From Auanema rhodensis (lineage: Eukaryota; Animalia; Nematoda), in contig OZ059895.1 in assembly GCA_964057225.1 (NCBI GenBank), positions 1,178,001 through 1,242,000 on the forward strand: a DNA stretch of 64,000 nt. Direction: 5' to 3'. A program made the translations under genes and the position numbers. Below are positions 57,401-64,000 of this stretch, piece after piece. The notes under the pieces are model-generated. The model had not been told where the DNA came from. It ran no database searches and saw nothing but the letters and a program-made list of their open reading frames with translations. Numbering within the stretch: the stretch's first letter is position 1; each line of letters opens with the position of its first letter.

Positions 57401-60400
57401 GCGTCGATCTGTGTTATCAGATTTGCGCTAGCTTAAAAATGCACCGAGATATCAACTGATATAAGTTCACACTTATATCCTCGATTTTCACCCTGAAGAA
57501 TTAATTTTTTCGTTGAATAACATTGTCCATCGTCTTTGCCTTAAAAAAAGGAATCTAAAAACATCTACTTTTTGCTAAATTATTTTGAAATTTTTCGAAA
57601 AAATTTTTGTCAAAATGTTTTTGGAAGCAATGTTGAGTGTACATGGAAACTCAACATACACTAATGCATCATTTTTCAAACGATCATAACTAATTTTTGT
57701 ATTAAGCGTTTCTCCATGTAGTATAGTGCATTCGATGCGGTATTTTAAGCTGCGTCGATCTGTGTTATCAGATTTGCGCTAGCTTAAAAATGCACCGAGA
57801 TATCAACTGATATAAGTTCACACTTATATCCTCGATTTTCACCCTGAAGAATTAATTTTTTCGTTGAATAACATTGTCCATCGTCTTTGCCTTGAAAAAA
57901 GGAATCTAAAAACATCTACTTTTTGCTAAATTATTTTGAAATTTTTCGAAAAAATTTTTGTCAAAATGTTTTTGGAAGCAATGTTGAGTGTACATGGAAA
58001 CTCAACATACACTAATGCATCATTTTTCAAACGATCATAACTAATTTTTGTATTAAGCGTTTCTCAATGTAGTATAGTGCATTCGATGCGGATTTTTAAG
58101 CTGCGTCGATCTGTGTTATCAGATTTGCGCTAGCTTAAAAATGCACCGAGATATCAACTGATATAAGTTCACACTTATATCCTCGATTTTCACCCTGAAG
58201 AATTAATTTTTGCGTTGAATAACATTGTCCATCGTCTTTGCCTTGAAAAAAGGAATCCAAAAACATCTACTTTTTGCTAAATTATTTTGAAATTTTTCGA
58301 AAAAATTTTTGTCAAAATGTTTTTGGAAGCAATGTTGAGTGTACATGGAAACTCAACATACACTAATGCATCATTTTTCAAACGATCATAACTAATTCTT
58401 GTATTAAGCGTTTCTCAATGTAGTATAGTGCATTCGATGCGGATTTTTAAGCTGCGTCGATCTGTGTTATCAGATTTGCGCTAGCTTAAAAATGCACCGA
58501 GATATCAACTGATATAAGTTCACACTTATATCCTCGATTTTCACCCTGAAGAATTAATTTTTTCGTTGAATAACCTTGTCCATCGTCTTTGCCTTGAAAA
58601 AAGGAATCTAAAAACATCTACTTTTTGCTAAATTATTTTGAAATTTTTCGAAAAAATTTTTGTCAAAATGTTTTTGGAAGCAATGTTGAGTGTACATGGA
58701 AACTCAACATACACTAATGCATCATTTTTCAAACGATCATAACTAATTTTTGTATTAAGCGTTTCTCCATGTAGTATAGTGCATTCGATGCGGTATTTTA
58801 AGCTGCGTCGATCTGTGTTATCAGATTTGCGCTAGCTTAAAAATGCACCGAGATATCAACTGATATAAGTTTACACTTATATCCTCGATTTTCACCCTGA
58901 AGAATTAATTTTTTCGTTGAATAACATTGTCCATCGTCTTTGCCTTGAAAAAAGGAATCCAAAAACATCTACTTTTTGCTAAATTATTTTGAAATTTTTC
59001 GAAAACATTTTTGTCAAAATGTTTTTGGAAGCAATGTTGAGTGTACATGGAAACTCAACATACACTAATGCATCATTTTTCAAACGATCATAACTAATTT
59101 TTGTATTAAGCGTTTCTCCATGTAGTATAGTGCATTCGATGCGGTATTTTAAGCTGCGTCGATATGTGTTATCAGATTTGCGCTAGCTTAAAAATGCACC
59201 GAGATATCAACTGATATAAGTTCACACTTATATCCTCGATTTTCACCCTGAAGAATTAATTTTTTCGTTGAATAACCTTGTCCATCGTCTTTGCCTTGAA
59301 AAAAGGAATCTAAAAACATCTACTTTTTGCTAAATTATTTTGAAATTTTTCGAAAAAATTTTTGTCAAAATGTTTTTGGAAGCAATGTTGAGTGTACATG
59401 GAAACTCAACATACACTAATGCATCATTTTTCAAACGATCATAACTAATTTTTGTATTAAGCGTTTCTCCATGTAGTATAGTGCATTCGATGCGGTATTT
59501 TAAGCTGCGTCGATCTGTGTTATCAGATTTGCGCTAGCTTAAAAATGCACCGAGATATCAACTGATATAAGTTTACACTTATATCCTCGATTTTCACCCT
59601 GAAGAATTAATTTTTTCGTTGAATAACATTGTCCATCGTCTTTGCCTTGAAAAAAGGAATCCAAAAACATCTACTTTTTGCTAAATTATTTTGAAATTTT
59701 TCGAAAAAATTTTTGTCAAAATGTTTTTGGAAGCAATGTTGAGTGTACATGGAAACTCAACATACACTAATGCATCATTTTTCAAACGATCATAACTAAT
59801 TTTTGTATTAAGCGTTTCTCCATGTAGTATAGTGCATTCGATGCGGTATTTTAAGCTGCGTCGATCTGTGTTATCAGATTTGCGCTAGCTTAAAAATGCA
59901 CCGAGATATCAACTGATATAAGTTTACACTTATATCCTCGATTTTCACCCTGAAGAATTAATTTTTTCGTTGAATAACATTGTCCATCGTCTTTGCCTTG
60001 AAAAAAGGAATCCAAAAACATCTCTTTTTTGCTAAATTATTTTGAAATTTTTCGAAAAAATTTTTGTCAAAATGTTTTTGGAAGCAATGTTGAGTGTACA
60101 TGGAAACTCAACATACACTAATGCATCATTTTTCAAACAATCATAACTAAATTGTGTAATAAGCGTTTCTCAATGTAGTATAGTGCATTCGATGCGGATT
60201 TTTAAGCTGCGTCGATCTGTGTTATCAGATTTGCGCTAGCTTAAAAATGCACCGAGATATCAACTGATATAAGTTCACACTTATATCCTCGATTTTCACC
60301 CTGAAGAATTAATTTTTTCGTTGAATAACCTTGTCCATCGTCTTTGCCTTGAAAAAAGGAATCTAAAAACATCTACTTTTTGCTAAATTATTTTGAAATT

Positions 60401-63400
60401 TTTCGAAAAAATTTTTGTCAAAATGTTTTTGGAAGCAATGTTGAGTGTACATGGAAACTCAACATACACTAATGCATCATTTTTCAAACGATCATAACTA
60501 ATTTTTGTATTAAGCGTTTCTCCATGTAGTATAGTGCATTCGATGCGGTATTTTAAGCTGCGTCGATCTGTGTTATCAGATTTGCGCTAGCTTAAAAATG
60601 CACCGAGATATCAACTGATATAAGTTTACACTTATATCCTCGATTTTCACCCTGAAGAATTAATTTTTTCGTTGAATAACATTGTCCATCGTCTTTGCCT
60701 TGAAAAAAGGAATCCAAAAACATCTACTTTTTGCTAAATTATTTTGAAATTTTTCGAAAACATTTTTGTCAAAATGTTTTTGGAAGCAATGTTGAGTGTA
60801 CATGGAAACTCAACATACACTAATGCATCATTTTTCAAACAATCATAACTAAATTGTGTAATAAGCGTTTCTCAATGTAGTATAGTGCATTCGATGCGGA
60901 TTTTTAAGCTGCGTCGATCTGTGTTATCAGATTTGCGCTAGCTTAAAAATGCACCGAGATATCAACTGATATAAGTTCACACTTATATCCTCGATTTTCA
61001 CCCTGAAGAATTAATTTTTTTGTTGAATAACATCGTCCATCGTCTTTGCCTTGAAAAATGGAATCTAAAAACATCTACTTTTTGCTAAATTATTTTGAAA
61101 TTTTTCGAAAAAATTTTTGTCAAAATGTTTTTGGAAGCAATGTTGAGTGTACATGGAAACTCAACATACACTAATGCATCATTTTTCAAACGATCATAAC
61201 TAATTTTTGTATCAAGCGTTTCTCGATGTAGTATAGTGCATTCGATGCGGATTTTTAAGCTGCGTCGATCTGTGTTATCAGATTTGCGCTAGCTTAAAAA
61301 TGCACCGAGATATCAACTGATATATGTTCACACTTATATCCTCGATTTTCACCCTGAAGAATTAATTTTTTCGTTGAATAACATTGTCCATCGTCTTTGC
61401 CTTGAAAAAAGGAATCTAAAAACATCTACTTTTTGCTAAATTATTTTGAAATTTTTCGAAAAAATTTTTGTCAAAATGTTTTTGGAAGCAATGTTGAGTG
61501 TACATGGAAACTCAACATACACTAATGCATCATTTTTCAAACGATCATAACTAATTTTTGTATTAAGCGTTTCTCCATGTAGTATAGTGCATTCGATGCG
61601 GTATTTTAAGCTGCGTCGATCTGTGTTATCAGATTTGCGCTAGCTTAAAAATGCACCGAGATATCAACTGATATAAGTTTACACTTATATCCTCGATTTT
61701 CACCCTGAAGAATTAATTTTTTCGTTGAATAACATTGTCCATCGTCTTTGCCTTGAAAAAAGGAATCCAAAAACATCTACTTTTTGCTAAATTATTTTGA
61801 AATTTTTCGAAAACATTTTTGTCAAAATGTTTTTGGAAGCAATGTTGAGTGTACATGGAAACTCAACATACACTAATGCATCATTTTTCAAACGATCATA
61901 ACTAATTTTTGTATTAAGCGTTTCTCCATGTAGTATAGTGCATTCGATGCGGTATTTTAAGCTGCGTCGATCTGTGTTATCAGATTTGCGCTAGCTTAAA
62001 AATGCACCGAGATATCAACTGATATAAGTTTACACTTATATCCTCGATTTTCACCCTGAAGAATTAATTTTTTCGTTGAATAACATTGTCCATCGTCTTT
62101 GCCTTGAAAAAAGGAATCCAAAAACATCTACTTTTTGCTAAATTATTTTGAAATTTTTCGAAAAAATTTTTGTCAAAATGTTTTTGGAAGCAATGTTGAG
62201 TGTACATGGAAACTCAACATACACTAATGCATCATTTTTCAAACAATCATAACTAAATTGTGTAATAAGCGTTTCTCAATGTAGTATAGTGCATTCGATG
62301 CGGATTTTTAAGCTGCGTCGATCTGTGTTATCAGATTTGCGCTAGCTTAAAAATGCACCGAGATATCAACTGATATAAGTTCACACTTATATCCTCGATT
62401 TTCACCCTGAAGAATTAATTTTTTTGTTGAATAACATCGTCCATCGTCTTTGCCTTGAAAAATGGAATCTAAAAACATCTACTTTTTGCTAAATTATTTT
62501 GAAATTTTTCGAAAAAATTTTTGTCAAAATGTTTTTGGAAGCAATGTTGAGTGTACATGGAAACTCAACATACACTAATGCATCATTTTTCAAACGATCA
62601 TAACTAATTTTTGTATCAAGCGTTTCTCGATGTAGTATAGTGCATTCGATGCGGATTTTTAAGCTGCGTCGATCTGTGTTATCAGATTTGCGCTAGCTTA
62701 AAAATGCACCGAGATATCAACTGATATATGTTCACACTTATATCCTCGATTTTCACCCTGAAGAATTAATTTTTTCGTTGAATAACATTGTCCATCGTCT
62801 TTGCCTTGAAAAAAGGAATCTAAAAACATCTACTTTTTGCTAAATTATTTTGAAATTTTTCGAAAAAATTTTTGTCAAAATGTTTTTGGAAGCAATGTTG
62901 AGTGTACATGGAAACTCAACATACACTAATGCATCATTTTTCAAACGATCATAACTAATTTTTGTATTAAGCGTTTCTCCATGTAGTATAGTGCATTCGA
63001 TGCGGTATTTTAAGCTGCGTCGATCTGTGTTATCAGATTTGCGCTAGCTTAAAAATGCACCGAGATATCAACTGATATAAGTTTACACTTATATCCTCGA
63101 TTTTCACCCTGAAGAATTAATTTTTTCGTTGAATAACATTGTCCATCGTCTTTGCCTTGAAAAAAGGAATCCAAAAACATCTACTTTTTGCTGAATTATT
63201 TTGAAATTTTTCGAAAAAATTTTTGTCAAAATGTTTTTGGAAGCAATGTTGAGTGTACATGGAAACTCAACATACACTAATGCATCATTTTTCAAACGAT
63301 CATAACTAATTTTTGTATTAAGCGTTTCTCCATGTAGTATAGTGCATTCGATGCGGTATTTTAAGCTGCGTCGATCTGTGTTATCAGATTTGCGCTAGCT

Positions 63401-64000
63401 TAAAAATGCACCGAGATATCAACTGATATAAGTTTACACTTATATCCTCGATTTTCACCCTGAAGAATTAATTTTTTCGTTGAATAACATTGTCCATCGT
63501 CTTTGCCTTGAAAAAAGGAATCCAAAAACATCTACTTTTTGCTAAATTATTTTGAAATTTTTCGAAAAAATTTTTGTCAAAATGTTTTTGGAAGCAATGT
63601 TGAGTGTACATGGAAACTCAACATACACTAATGCATCATTTTTCAAACAATCATAACTAAATTGTGTAATAAGCGTTTCTCAATGTAGTATAGTGCATTC
63701 GATGCGGATTTTTAAGCTGCGTCGATCTGTGTTATCAGATTTGCGCTAGCTTAAAAATGCACCGAGATATCAACTGATATAAGTTCACACTTATATCCTC
63801 GATTTTCACCCTGAAGAATTAATTTTTTTGTTGAATAACATCGTCCATCGTCTTTGCCTTGAAAAATGGAATCTAAAAACATCTACTTTTTGCTAAATTA
63901 TTTTGAAATTTTTCGAAAAAATTTTTGTCAAAATGTTTTTGGAAGCAATGTTGAGTGTACATGGAAACTCAACATACACTAATGCATCATTTTTCAAACG
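48468..64000 (+). repeat. Satellite block F2, forward orientation, ~44 monomers
   Basis: Anchor positions 48733 and 63826 are exactly 43x351 apart, so there is no net indel. Confidence 0.98.
60830..64000 (+). repeat. 4-monomer (1404-bp) higher-order repeat; inverted counterpart at ~42050-44800
   Basis: The multi-SNP variant AAACAATCATAACTAAATTGTGTAATAAG occurs at ~60841, ~62245 and ~63649. Its reverse complement occurs at ~42515 and ~43919, also 1404 bp apart. Confidence 0.88.

Larger units (their letters stand above)
1..64000. repeat. Tandem satellite DNA array, 351-bp monomer, ~182 copies, open at both window ends
   Basis: The anchor TTTCGTTGAATAAC recurs at 351, 702, 1053 ... 7020 (period 351). 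Copies differ by only a few substitutions each. No non-satellite sequence was seen. Confidence 0.99.

Noticed and set aside
63104-63295. 63-aa ORF on the minus strand from the ORF track
   Set aside because: It lies entirely within a satellite monomer. It exists only because an A-to-G change at 63193 converts the TAG stop found in other copies to CAG, and it has no recognisable protein features.
1-64000. CRISPR array or prokaryotic repeat system
   Set aside because: There are no unique spacers, since the entire 351-bp unit is repeated, and no cas or other genes are present.

Overview
The whole 64-kb window is one AT-rich (~69% AT, hand count of one monomer) tandem satellite array of about 182 copies of a 351-bp monomer. 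It most likely comes from eukaryotic (peri)centromeric or heterochromatic DNA; I do not recognise the family or species. There are no genes, RNA genes, transposons or non-satellite inserts: the 351-bp phase holds end to end apart from seven single-base indels. The array switches strand twice: forward 1-28425 (~81 monomers), reverse 28424-48469 (~57), forward 48468-64000 (~44). The two junctions are non-reciprocal in monomer coordinates, have only 2-bp microhomology, and fall on the monomer's own internal dyads. Rare SNP haplotypes show that the reversed block is not a simple inversion but a mosaic of inverted copies of both flanks, so the region forms two back-to-back multi-kb palindromes. Local higher-order repeats of about 2 to 21 monomers are layered on top. 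The single ORF in the track is a chance read-through caused by one SNP.
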